Shown: positions 8,839-17,454 of the stretch, one piece after another
How the letters are laid out: the number at the start of each line of letters is the position of its first letter
How positions within the stretch are numbered: position 1 is the stretch's first letter
Notes under the pieces: model-generated
The model's input: the letters and a program-made list of their open reading frames with translations, nothing else
Told to the model about the DNA's origin: nothing
The model's database searches: none
Assembly (NCBI GenBank): GCA_049699715.1
Contig: JBNAVB010000002.1
Location: forward strand, 1 to 60,573
Reading direction: 5' to 3'
Origin: Candidatus Pacearchaeota archaeon
Lineage (GTDB): Archaea > Nanobdellota > Nanobdellia > Pacearchaeales > UBA284
Length of the DNA: 60,573 nucleotides
Program-made: the position numbers and the translations under genes

Positions 8839-8965
8839 CGCCGCGGCAGGGAATTGAACCCCGATGCCCTTGCGGGCGAGGCTTTATGGTTTCTTATTAG
8901 ATTTTGATTGAATCTTCTAAAAGATTTACTTCCAGGCCTCTGCGATACCATTACGCGACCGCGGC
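8839..8965 (-). tRNA. tRNA-Ser (anticodon GGA) with 46-nt intron after position 37
   Basis: Reverse complement: GCCGCGG acceptor, anticodon stem GAGGC/GCCTC, loop CTGGAA|intron|A. It has a long variable arm (GCCCGCAAGGGC), T arm CGGGG-TTCAATT-CCCTG and discriminator G. Confidence 0.85.
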
Positions 8966-8987
8966 ACAAAAACCACAAGAATTACAA

Positions 8988-9635
8988 TCAATCGGGATTT
9001 AAAACATTTGCTAAGAACTCATCAAGTATTTTTATAGTCTCTTCTTTCACTTTCTCTTTAGACTGTAAAGCATCTATGATTTTAACCCTATAACCGAACT
9101 TTCTGGCAATCCACTCATAGCCTTCGTAAACCTTCTGATGTTTTTCTATGCTTTCTCTGTCGATTCTGTTCATCTTTCCATTGCTCGCATTTCTCTGCAT
9201 TGCAATTTCAGGAAGGATTCTATACAATAAAGTTAAGTTTGGTTTTATTCCCTGTAAAATTCTCTTATTGTCATTAAAAATAACCTCCAAAGGGATTCCA
9301 TTTTTAAATCCTTGGTAAACAATTGTGGAGTCATAAAATCTATCTACAATGACCACTTTTCCTTGCTTCAGATCTGGCTTTATTTTATTTTCAAAAAGAT
9401 CTGCCCTTGCCGAAACATATAAATGATATTCAGCCCATTTGCTTATATTCAATCCAGAATCTAATAGCAGCCATCTCACTTTCTCAGCAAATTCTGTAGA
9501 GCCAGGATCTCTATAGCAAGTGAGCATATCCCTATATTTTGGCCTGAGGGTTTCAAGAGCACCATCTATAGCAGTTGTTTTGCCTGCTCCATCGAGTCCT
9601 TCTAGAGTAATAATGTAACCCTTATATTTTAACAT
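8988..9635 (-). CDS. tmk: thymidylate (dTMP) kinase
   Basis: 215 aa with P-loop ITLEGLDGAGKTT and the DRFYDST motif. Confidence 0.85.
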   Translation of the reverse strand: MLKYKGYIITLEGLDGAGKTTAIDGALETLRPKYRDMLTCYRDPGSTEFAEKVRWLLLDSGLNISKWAEYHLYVSARADLFENKIKPDLKQGKVVIVDRFYDSTIVYQGFKNGIPLEVIFNDNKRILQGIKPNLTLLYRILPEIAMQRNASNGKMNRIDRESIEKHQKVYEGYEWIARKFGYRVKIIDALQSKEKVKEETIKILDEFLANVLNPD

Positions 9636-9705
9636 TTGAAAGCTAGCACCAAATAATATTTAAACAAATTTGTTATGTAAAATATAGTTTAAGAGGCAAG
9701 AAAAA

Positions 9706-10926
9706 ATGCAGGTTATAGCAGACTTACACATACATTCAAGATTCTCTCGAGCCACTAGCAATGATTTAAACATAGCTAATCTTGAGAAATGGGCAAATAT
9801 CAAGGGACTTGGCTTGTTAGGCACAGGTGATTTTTGCCATCCAGAATGGCTGAAAGAACTCAAGGCCGAGCTAAGTGAAGAGGGTTCAGGAATCCTAAGA
9901 ACAAAAAATGGATTTCCTTTCATATTAACTAATGAAGTTTCTTTGATGTACACGCAAGAGGGCAAGGGAAGAAGAATTCATCTTGTAATACTCGCTCCAA
10001 ACTTCAACATCGTTGACAAAATTACCAATTATCTGAAAACTAAAGGCCGAGTAGATTATGACGGCAGGCCTATTTTCAATATTCCTTGCGATGAATTTGC
10101 AAAAACAATGTTTGAAATCTCTAGCGACATTGAAATTATTCCGGCTCATGCTTGGACGCCATGGTTTGGAATCTTCGGCTCAATGACAGGGTTTAACTCA
10201 ATAGAAGAGGCATTCAAAGAGCAATCGAAGCATATTCATGCATTTGAAACAGGCATGTCTTCAGATCCTGAAATGAACTGGCGCTTGAGCAACTTGGATA
10301 AATATACTATAGTCTCATTTTCCGATTCACACAGCTATTGGCCTTGGAGAATTGGCAGAGAAGCCACAGTTTTCGAGCTTCCAAGATTAACTTACAAAAA
10401 CATTATCGAAGCAATAAGGGACAATAAGATTGCTTTTACTATTGAAACCTCACCTTCTTATGGAAAATACCATTACGATGGCCATCGCTTTTGTCAATTT
10501 TCTTGCGCTCCAAAAGAATGCGAAGAAAAATATGACAATATCTGCCCAATATGCCACAAGCCTCTGACAATAGGGGTTTTGCACAGAGTCAATGAATTAG
10601 CAGATAGAAAAGAGGGCTTTAAACCAGAGCATGCAAAGCCTTTCAAAACTCTCTTGCCTCTACACGAGCTTATTGGAGCTGTGTTTGAAGTTTCAATGAC
10701 CTCGAAGAAGGTTTGGCAAGAGTACAATTCATTAATTAAGGAATTTGGTAATGAATTCAACATTTTGCTTAATGTTCCTTTTGATGAATTAAGGAAAATC
10801 ACGTCGCCAAAGGTAGTTCACGCTATTAAACTCAACCGTGAGGGCAAGATTAAAGTAAAGCCCGGCTACGATGGCGAATATGGCGAGTTAATCCTTGAAG
10901 CCGAGAGGCAAGAAACTTTGTTCTGA
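9706..10926 (+). CDS. PHP-domain endonuclease, EndoQ-like
   Basis: 406 aa with N-terminal DLHIHSRFSRA PHP motif, GLLGTGDF, and zinc finger CPICHKPLTIGVLHRV. Confidence 0.6.
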   Translation: MQVIADLHIHSRFSRATSNDLNIANLEKWANIKGLGLLGTGDFCHPEWLKELKAELSEEGSGILRTKNGFPFILTNEVSLMYTQEGKGRRIHLVILAPNFNIVDKITNYLKTKGRVDYDGRPIFNIPCDEFAKTMFEISSDIEIIPAHAWTPWFGIFGSMTGFNSIEEAFKEQSKHIHAFETGMSSDPEMNWRLSNLDKYTIVSFSDSHSYWPWRIGREATVFELPRLTYKNIIEAIRDNKIAFTIETSPSYGKYHYDGHRFCQFSCAPKECEEKYDNICPICHKPLTIGVLHRVNELADRKEGFKPEHAKPFKTLLPLHELIGAVFEVSMTSKKVWQEYNSLIKEFGNEFNILLNVPFDELRKITSPKVVHAIKLNREGKIKVKPGYDGEYGELILEAERQETLF

Positions 10927-11007
10927 TTTAGTTTTTGTTACTTTTTTCAAATAACAACAAAAACGAAAGATTTATAAAAGACCTTTTCCTAGAAAATATT
11001 GATTAAA

Positions 11008-11772
11008 ATGTTATTGCAATTAAACGAACAAAAACAATACAAGGAATTTTACGGAAAGACTATCGAACAGATGCCAAGGCTTATTGGAGAAGGCTGGATT
11101 CCGCTTTCTACTAGTGACTTGATGAAAAGAAGGCTTGAAGTAAGAAATTCATATTAAAGAAATTCATATTATATTAATTATCTTAGAAGTGTATGGATAG
11201 ACAATTATTTTTATACAGGCGATGCCTGTGTGGTTCATCCTAGTGGAAAGTTGAAAATAGACCTAGATTCTAAACAATTAAGGTTAATTAATCTAGCCAG
11301 CAAATTATCCAAAGGATTGCTTATTTTAAATGAAGAGATCTATTCATCAATCAAGGCAAAAGAACTTGACCTAGATGAAAGAGGAATGATCCTTGGCAAG
11401 AGTTTGACTAAAGAGCAAGTGATAAACCATCCTATTTGGAATGAGTTGGCAAGAGGTTCAGAACACCTATTAAAAGATTATGCTGATTTTGTATTTAAGG
11501 ATGTTAAAGAAAAATTTGGCCTTGATAGGAATATGTGTATTGGTATTCCATCAAAAAAAGAAACTCCAGTTCTTGGGGTGTGGTACATTGAGAGGTTAGA
11601 GGACAGTTCCAATGCGGTTGGCTATTTTAGAGACCTTGTTGGCTACCACGATGGCCGTCTTGTTGGGGTAAGAGACTTTGATTTAGAATCTGTTGTAACT
11701 GCTTTATCTCAAAAAAGGTCATTCAGACACAATGGAACTCTCTATGTTCCAGTTGCAGACAAAGAATTATAG
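11008..11772 (+). pseudogene. hypothetical gene interrupted by a single in-frame TAA (11155-11157)
   Basis: A 49-codon ORF from ATG 11008 and the 180-aa track ORF (GTG 11230) are in the same frame. The only stop between them lies inside a 15-nt tandem duplication. Confidence 0.55.
11143..11172 (+). repeat. 15-nt tandem duplication AGAAATTCATATTA[A/T] x2
   Basis: Read directly. Copy 1 ends TAA (stop) and copy 2 ends TAT. Confidence 0.9.
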
Positions 11773-11820
11773 TCGTCAATAAAATTCAATAGGTTTTTAT
11801 ATTATTTCTAGATTAATTTA

Positions 11821-11883
11821 GCGTCCCGGCGATTATCTCTTATGAGATAAATGCTGTGGGCTACAAGCCCCTTAACCAGCGCG
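11821..11883 (+). ncRNA. candidate small structured RNA (GC-rich island with two hairpins), family unknown
   Basis: GCGTCCCGGCG...CCAGCGCG in AT-rich intergenic DNA. Hairpins are TTATCTC/GAGATAA (11833-11850) and GGGC/GCCC (11858-11870). A TTTTTATATTA box lies about 25 nt upstream and a T-run downstream. Confidence 0.3.
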
Positions 11884-11960
11884 TTATTTGAGTTGATTTT
11901 AAGTCATAAAATTCAATCGCTTTAGCAAAATATAAAAGTCTATCGAGCTTTTCTAAGTAA

Positions 11961-12078
11961 GCCCCCATAGGTCAATGGATAGACTACGGGCTTGCGGTAA
12001 ACTTTTGGCAAGTAAAACAAAAGAAAGACAAAAGAGTGCGAAAAGCCTGTGATCTGCGTTCGAATCGCAGTGGGGGCA
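11961..12078 (+). tRNA. tRNA-Arg (anticodon GCG) with 46-nt intron
   Basis: GCCCCCA acceptor, anticodon stem CGGGC/GCCTG, loop TTGCGG|intron|A, T arm CTGCG-TTCGAAT-CGCAG, then TGGGGGC-A. Confidence 0.85.
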
Positions 12079-12091
12079 TTTTGAGATAAAA

Positions 12092-12553
12092 ATGACAAAT
12101 GAAATAAAAGAAATCATAGCAATTGGAAGCGATCATGCTGGCTATAAACTGAAAGAAGAAATTAAAAATTACTTAGAAAAATTGAAATACAAATATGAAG
12201 ACTTTGGCACTTACAACGAGGAATCTGTGGATTATCCAGATCATGCAATTAAAGTCATAAAAGCATTACAAGAAGGTTTTGATAAAGGAATTTTAATTTG
12301 CAGTACAGGTATTGGAATGAGCATTGCGGCAAACAAGATTTCAGGCATAAGAGCCGCTCTTTGTTACACGCCAGAAATTGCAAAACAAAGTCGCGAACAT
12401 CTTGATTCTAACGTTTTAGTGCTTGGCGGCAAAACTCTTGATGAAAAAGTCGCAAAAGAAATAGTAGCGGCATGGCTTTCAACTCCATTTAGCGAAGAAG
12501 AACGACATAAAAGAAGAATAAATAAAATTAAGGAAATTGAACAGTTAAAGTGA
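12092..12553 (+). CDS. rpiB: ribose-5-phosphate isomerase B (RpiB/LacAB family)
   Basis: 153 aa with IAIGSDHAGYKLKEEI, ILICSTGIGMSIAANK and NVLVLGG. Confidence 0.85.
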   Translation: MTNEIKEIIAIGSDHAGYKLKEEIKNYLEKLKYKYEDFGTYNEESVDYPDHAIKVIKALQEGFDKGILICSTGIGMSIAANKISGIRAALCYTPEIAKQSREHLDSNVLVLGGKTLDEKVAKEIVAAWLSTPFSEEERHKRRINKIKEIEQLK

Positions 12554-13392
12554 AATTTAATTTCTTTCTTATCTTTTTATTAGTAATTCTGCTTTTAGTC
12601 TCAGGCCAACAAGGCTGTGATCTTGTAGAACAAACTCAAACAAGCCAAAGAATTCTTTATCAGACCACAATTGTTGAAGTTGTAGACGGAGATACAGTTA
12701 AAACAGTTGACAATGAGACTATAAGATTATTACATGTCAACACTCCTGAAAAGGGCGAGAAATGTTATAGTGAAGCAAAGGCAAGATTGAAAGAACTTGT
12801 TGAAAACAAAACAGTCTGGCTTGAGCGAGATATGGAAGACAGGGATAAATATGAGAGAAAATTAAGATATATCTTTTTGAGTCCTAACACAAACCCCCAA
12901 GACTATCAAGATTTTGTAAATTTGATAATGATTCGTGAAGGTTATGCTTCTTTACTTATGATTGAACCTAACACAAAATACCAACAGGTTTTCAAAACAG
13001 CACTCAACGAGGCTTCAAAAGAACAGGGGTGTATTTGGAGAGCGCTAAGCAATTATAAAGATTGTTTTGTTATAGAACAGTTTCATTACGACGCTGAAGG
13101 TGATGATTGTAAAAATGCAAATGACGAATATGTTACATTAAAAAATATTTGCCAAGACATTGAGATGAAATCCTGGACAATAAAAGACTCTTCAAGAAAA
13201 ATTTACACTTTCAAGGATTTTACAGCAAAATCCAATCAATCTTTTACTTTATATAGTGGCAAAGGCGTGGACAATGAAACCTCGCTTTTTTGGAATTCTG
13301 ATCTTGCTTGCCAGTCAGTCTGGAACAATGATCATGACGCTCTATTTTTGAGAGATTCCGACGGCAATCTTGTTTTGCAATATATCTATTGA
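12550..13392 (+). CDS. secreted thermonuclease (SNase-like) fused to a C-terminal lamin-tail domain
   Basis: N-terminal hydrophobic signal. SNase core VVDGDTVK...IRLLHVNTPEKGE...RYIF. LTD-like tail DEYVTLKN...WTIKD...WNNDHDALFLRDSDGNLV. GTG start overlaps the rpiB stop (GTGA). Confidence 0.75.
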   Translation: MKFNFFLIFLLVILLLVSGQQGCDLVEQTQTSQRILYQTTIVEVVDGDTVKTVDNETIRLLHVNTPEKGEKCYSEAKARLKELVENKTVWLERDMEDRDKYERKLRYIFLSPNTNPQDYQDFVNLIMIREGYASLLMIEPNTKYQQVFKTALNEASKEQGCIWRALSNYKDCFVIEQFHYDAEGDDCKNANDEYVTLKNICQDIEMKSWTIKDSSRKIYTFKDFTAKSNQSFTLYSGKGVDNETSLFWNSDLACQSVWNNDHDALFLRDSDGNLVLQYIY

Positions 13393-13435
13393 CCTTACTA
13401 AAGGTTTTTAAATTTCTTAAACTTTCTCAAAGCAA

Positions 13436-13507
13436 GCCTCGGTAGCTCAGCGGTAGAGCACTGGTCTCATAAGCCAGGGGTCGCGTGTCCAACTCACGCC
13501 CGAGGCA
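13436..13507 (+). tRNA. tRNA with CAU anticodon (elongator Met or Ile2)
   Basis: GCCTCGG acceptor, anticodon loop CTCATAA, T arm GCGTG-TCCAACT-CACGC (unusual C at position 55), then CCGAGGC-A. Confidence 0.8.
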
Positions 13508-13618
13508 TTCTCCTGGTTTAATCATTTCGATTTCCTACAATAATCTTTTTAAATTAAAAAAATAAATATTTTAATAATAAAAAGACAGAAAAAGAGAAAA
13601 AAGAAAAAAAGAGGAAAA

Positions 13619-14020
13619 ATGGAGAATTTGTCGATAGATTCCTTAAAAAATTTCTTTTCAGAGTTTCTAGAGCAATATAAACAAGAAGTAGAAAAAAATT
13701 ATACAAAAGAACGGGATAAACTGACTTTATTCAATTCATTTCCTGTAAGAGTTGACTTGTTATGTGACCAAAATCTGCACTATTCTGCGATTCTTTTGTC
13801 CAAAAATTCAAAACCATTTTCTGAGTTTGTTGTTGATACCACTTTCCAAGATCCTATGATGGTTGTGGCGATGGCTAATTCAAAAAGATTCCAGTATGGC
13901 GAAGAAAAAAAATTTCTTTATCTTTTACATACCAATTCCAAAATATTCCCCAAATGGCATCCAGAGACTTTTGCAAAAGAGTTCATCAATTTCGAGATTT
14001 CTAAGAATAATCTCAAATAA
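13619..14020 (+). CDS. hypothetical protein (133 aa)
   Basis: ORF preceded by a polypurine leader with GAGG near the ATG. No family recognised. Confidence 0.5.
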   Translation: MENLSIDSLKNFFSEFLEQYKQEVEKNYTKERDKLTLFNSFPVRVDLLCDQNLHYSAILLSKNSKPFSEFVVDTTFQDPMMVVAMANSKRFQYGEEKKFLYLLHTNSKIFPKWHPETFAKEFINFEISKNNLK

Positions 14021-14057
14021 AAATAAAAAAATAAAAAAAGAAAAAAAGAAAAGTTGT

Positions 14058-14357
14058 TTATTTCTTGTGCAGTGTTATGTCTATCGTTGAAACATTGACT
14101 CGTCTGCCTTCCTTGTTTTCAAATTCTTCGCTGTCTATCTTGATTTCTTTCACTTCAACCCCGTGCTCTTTCAAAAATCTTTTCGTGGCTACTTCTGCTA
14201 CATCTACTGCTCTTGCAATAAACTTTCCTCTTGCCTTTATAGTCACTTCTTTCGCGCCTTTTGTCGTAAATTGCATCACTACACCGGTTACATAATTCAT
14301 AAAAGGCTTGCCTCCTATGAACACAATGTTTTCATCTGTTTTGTTTTTTTCTTCCAT
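14058..14357 (-). CDS. albA: DNA/RNA-binding protein Alba
   Basis: 99 aa with [18 protein letters not shown]...[17 protein letters not shown]... Confidence 0.9.
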   Translation of the reverse strand: MEEKNKTDENIVFIGGKPFMNYVTGVVMQFTTKGAKEVTIKARGKFIARAVDVAEVATKRFLKEHGVEVKEIKIDSEEFENKEGRRVNVSTIDITLHKK

Positions 14358-14422
14358 TTTACCTCCGTTGTTTTTGTTTTTTGTTGTATGTAGCCTAAGC
14401 TGATGCTTAGTATGAACTGTTG

Positions 14423-14635
14423 TTATTTTATTTCCACTTTTTTATTCTTAGTTTCCCGTTTTTTTATTCTGGCTATGTAGCCTGCAATGCTGTTCCTTGT
14501 TCTTTTGTCTGTTTCAGGCAATATCTTTGCCATTATTCTCTTGTTCTTCTCAAAACTATTATCAAATAGTTCTGGATATTTTTTTAAGAGTTTTCTTGTA
14601 GTTCTTTTGATTATCTGTGATTTTACTCTTCCCAT
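14423..14635 (-). CDS. rps17e: 30S ribosomal protein eS17
   Basis: [24 protein letters not shown]...RNSIAGYI. Start set at the MGRV Met, because the track start (14683) overlaps bud32. Confidence 0.85.
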   Translation of the reverse strand: MGRVKSQIIKRTTRKLLKKYPELFDNSFEKNKRIMAKILPETDKRTRNSIAGYIARIKKRETKNKKVEIK

Positions 14636-14645
14636 AGTAAAATGT

Positions 14646-15287
14646 TTAACTCCCTTTGCCCTTATATCTACCTCTGCCTTCAACCTTTTTAAGCCTTTCT
14701 AAAACTGCCAAGGCATTTTTTGATATTTTATAACCTTCACCCACTGCCTTAAAGAACTCTGGCCAGTGTTTAAAATGCTTTGCTTCCAAAGCCTCTCGCA
14801 ACAAATGCAAATCCACTGCTTTGTCTTCTATCCTGTCAGAATGAAACCCCAATCCAAAATCAACAAAATAAACTTTATCTTGCTTCAAGATCATATTGCT
14901 TGTTGTTAAATCACCATGGATTATTCCTAAATCATGTAATTTTGCTGTGCTTTTCCCGATTTCTCTACATATTGTTAGTGCTTTATTTAAAGGAAATTTG
15001 TCAAGGTGAAAGCTTAACGCTTTTCCGTAGATAAACTCCATCTCAATTTCTGTCTCTGGCTCAAGTTTTTTCTTCGTCGTGATGCCATCAATTGCTTTCA
15101 CTTTAGGCACTAGAATAACTCGTAAGGCCTTTTCAAGCAGTTTTGCTTCTTTTCTTGTCCTTGTTGCTCGAAGCATTAAATCAAGAGCTTCATGCCTGTA
15201 GCCTTTCTTGATCCTCCTTTTCTTGAGCATGTCGCCAGATTTGATTAATAAAGCTTCCGCGCCCCTGCCTATAATTTGTTCTTTCAT
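14646..15287 (-). CDS. bud32: Bud32/PRPK atypical kinase (KEOPS subunit)
   Basis: 213 aa with GRGAEA, IIHGDLTTSNMI, FVDFGLG and a RGRYKGKG tail. Confidence 0.85.
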   Translation of the reverse strand: MKEQIIGRGAEALLIKSGDMLKKRRIKKGYRHEALDLMLRATRTRKEAKLLEKALRVILVPKVKAIDGITTKKKLEPETEIEMEFIYGKALSFHLDKFPLNKALTICREIGKSTAKLHDLGIIHGDLTTSNMILKQDKVYFVDFGLGFHSDRIEDKAVDLHLLREALEAKHFKHWPEFFKAVGEGYKISKNALAVLERLKKVEGRGRYKGKGS

Positions 15288-15310
15288 TTTTTATTTTTGA
15301 TTAAAAATAA

Positions 15311-16804
15311 TTAATAGCTCTTTGCGATGTAAGCAATGACAGTTGCTTTCCTGCCGCAGATTGCGCACTTGCCCCGGGGGGTTTCTTTTTTATCGTGTCT
15401 TATACCTCTTACTGAAGCCAGCAAATTCTTCTCAACTATTTCTGCGCATTTCTCTCCATCTTTGCTTATACTACAGAAATTGCATCTTACGATTTTTTTC
15501 TCGTTCAAGGCTTTTCTTATTTCATCTTTGTTTTTGCAATCTGTAATCATACTCTTAAACCATAAATCCGCTTTCTTCTTAAGTCTTTCATCATATAAAG
15601 TTCCCTGTTTTTTTATTTCAGTTAAAAGCTTTTTGTCGTCGATAATTCTCTTTTCTTTCAAATCCCTTAAAAACAATGTGACCTTTTTGCTTTTCAGCTC
15701 CTTTTCTCCGAATTCTATTCTTAGAGGGACTCCTTTCATCTCCCAAAAGAAAAACTTTTCGCCTGGTCTGTCCCCTCCTTTGTCTATTTTTGTTCTTATC
15801 TCCGCTTTCTTTAGTTCTTGCTCGATTTGCTCAACTTTTTTGAAGATGCTCGCTTTATTGTTATTGTTAAATATAGGTACAATTATCACTTGGATTGGTG
15901 ATATTATGAAAGGCAGTACTAATCCAGAATCATCCCCATGAACTGATATCACAGAAGCAAAAATTCTTGAGATTGCTGGCCCGTAGCAAGTCTGATAGAC
16001 ATATTTTTCTTTTCCATCCTTGTCTTTAAACTTGACATTGAAAACTTTTGCGAAACCTTGCCCGAGATAGTGCGTAGAGGGCTGCTGTATAACGCGGCCG
16101 TCTGGCATTAACGAGTCAGAACCTATAGTATAAACTGCCCCAGGAAACTTGTCCCATTCTGGTCTTCTAAGCGCGATGAAAGGAATCCCAAGCTTTTGAT
16201 GCATTAAATTTTCAGTCGTGCCAATGTCTTCAAGAACCTGTTTTTCAGCGTCTTTTTCTGTGGCGAAACAGTCATGCCCTTCAATCCAGTAAAACTCTCT
16301 ACTCCTAATAAAAGGCCTTGTAGCTTTAGTCTCGTATCTCCATACTTGGGCGCGTTGATACATTTTAAAAGGCAGATCTTTATAACCCCTAATCCATAAA
16401 GAATACATCTGATACATTGCTGTTTCGCTTGTCGGCCTCAATGCCATCTTTTCCTCAAGAGCAGAATCAGCAGCATGAGTCACCCAGAAAACCTGTGGCG
16501 AGAATCCTTTAATATGCTCACCTTCAAGCTTAAAGTTCTTTTCAGGAATTACGGCCGGGAACCATGCAGGCTCGTGCCCTTTGCTTTGCAAGTCTTCCTC
16601 TAGAAAATCATACATCTTTTCCATGCATCTAACCGCCCAGGGCCTGAAAACAAGGAATCCCTTGACATTATATCTCAAGTCCGCAAGCTCGGCTTTGTCG
16701 ATTATTTCTGAGAACCATTCCGAAAAATTGGCATTTTTCTTGATGTTGAAAGTGACTTTCCTGCTCTGCTTTTTCGCTCCCTTTTCCATGTTAATCCAAA
16801 GCAT
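15311..16804 (-). CDS. proS: prolyl-tRNA synthetase, archaeal/eukaryal type
   Basis: 497 aa with FSEWFSEII, LRPTSETAMY, QVWRYETKATRPFIRSREFYWIEGH and a C-terminal Zn/Cys region ending in Tyr. The true start may be the internal MEKG. Confidence 0.92.
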   Translation of the reverse strand: MLWINMEKGAKKQSRKVTFNIKKNANFSEWFSEIIDKAELADLRYNVKGFLVFRPWAVRCMEKMYDFLEEDLQSKGHEPAWFPAVIPEKNFKLEGEHIKGFSPQVFWVTHAADSALEEKMALRPTSETAMYQMYSLWIRGYKDLPFKMYQRAQVWRYETKATRPFIRSREFYWIEGHDCFATEKDAEKQVLEDIGTTENLMHQKLGIPFIALRRPEWDKFPGAVYTIGSDSLMPDGRVIQQPSTHYLGQGFAKVFNVKFKDKDGKEKYVYQTCYGPAISRIFASVISVHGDDSGLVLPFIISPIQVIIVPIFNNNNKASIFKKVEQIEQELKKAEIRTKIDKGGDRPGEKFFFWEMKGVPLRIEFGEKELKSKKVTLFLRDLKEKRIIDDKKLLTEIKKQGTLYDERLKKKADLWFKSMITDCKNKDEIRKALNEKKIVRCNFCSISKDGEKCAEIVEKNLLASVRGIRHDKKETPRGKCAICGRKATVIAYIAKSY

Positions 16805-16872
16805 AAGATATTTTTAAAGGTTTTTAAAAAGTTCAGAGAAACCTTTAAATAAATTGTTTAATAAGTATATAT

Positions 16873-17454
16873 ATGAGTATACTTGAAAAAGAGGATGAGC
16901 TAAAGAATATTCTCGATATCTTGAAGAATGTCAAAAAAGCGCTTAAGACAGACGATATTCTTTTGATGAAAGAGATGTCTAATCGAACTGTGCATAGCGC
17001 CTCTCTTTATAAAGATCCGGATTCTGTAACCATCGCTGTAACCATCTATGCTCTTAGCAAGATAATCGAGAGGAAAAAATATGAGCAGTATAAAGAATGG
17101 CCCTCTTTCTTCACGAGAATAAGCCATGATATGGATTTGGCATTAGCTCACCTTAGCAAGAATCAAATCAAGGAATTCCGCGATGACTTGCACGATATAA
17201 GAAAAGCAGCGCATCAACTTTCAGGGCATCTCAAACTTTATATCCAAGATGTTTTCAGGCGTGCAAGCATCAATAAAGCTTCAAGGCTTTATGAGCACGG
17301 AATTTCGATGGAAGAAACAGCATCACTTCTCGATATTACGGCGTGGGAGCTTGCAGAATATGTGGGAATGACTGGTATAGGGGATGTGGATTTGAGCGTA
17401 ACACTTCCGATTAAAGAAAGAATAAATCTCACAAAAAAACTTTTCGAAAGATGA
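16873..17454 (+). CDS. hypothetical protein with C-terminal HTH-like segment
   Basis: 193 aa. GISMEETASLLDITAWELAEYVG resembles an HTH. It shares a 4-nt ATGA overlap with the next gene. Confidence 0.55.
   Translation: MSILEKEDELKNILDILKNVKKALKTDDILLMKEMSNRTVHSASLYKDPDSVTIAVTIYALSKIIERKKYEQYKEWPSFFTRISHDMDLALAHLSKNQIKEFRDDLHDIRKAAHQLSGHLKLYIQDVFRRASINKASRLYEHGISMEETASLLDITAWELAEYVGMTGIGDVDLSVTLPIKERINLTKKLFER

Noticed and set aside
8796-9093. Two 60-aa ORFs (8796-8978 minus, 8908-9093 plus)
   Set aside because: They overlap the intron-containing tRNA-Ser and the 3' end of tmk.
11821-11883. Split or half tRNA, C/D-box or H/ACA sRNA assignment for the GC-rich element
   Set aside because: There is no D-arm or T-arm consensus and no RUGAUGA/CUGA boxes. 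There is no 3' ACA at the right distance from a closing stem. It is kept only as an unclassified candidate.
15336-15941. 201-aa plus-strand ORF
   Set aside because: It is antisense to prolyl-tRNA synthetase and has a low-complexity S/L/F translation.
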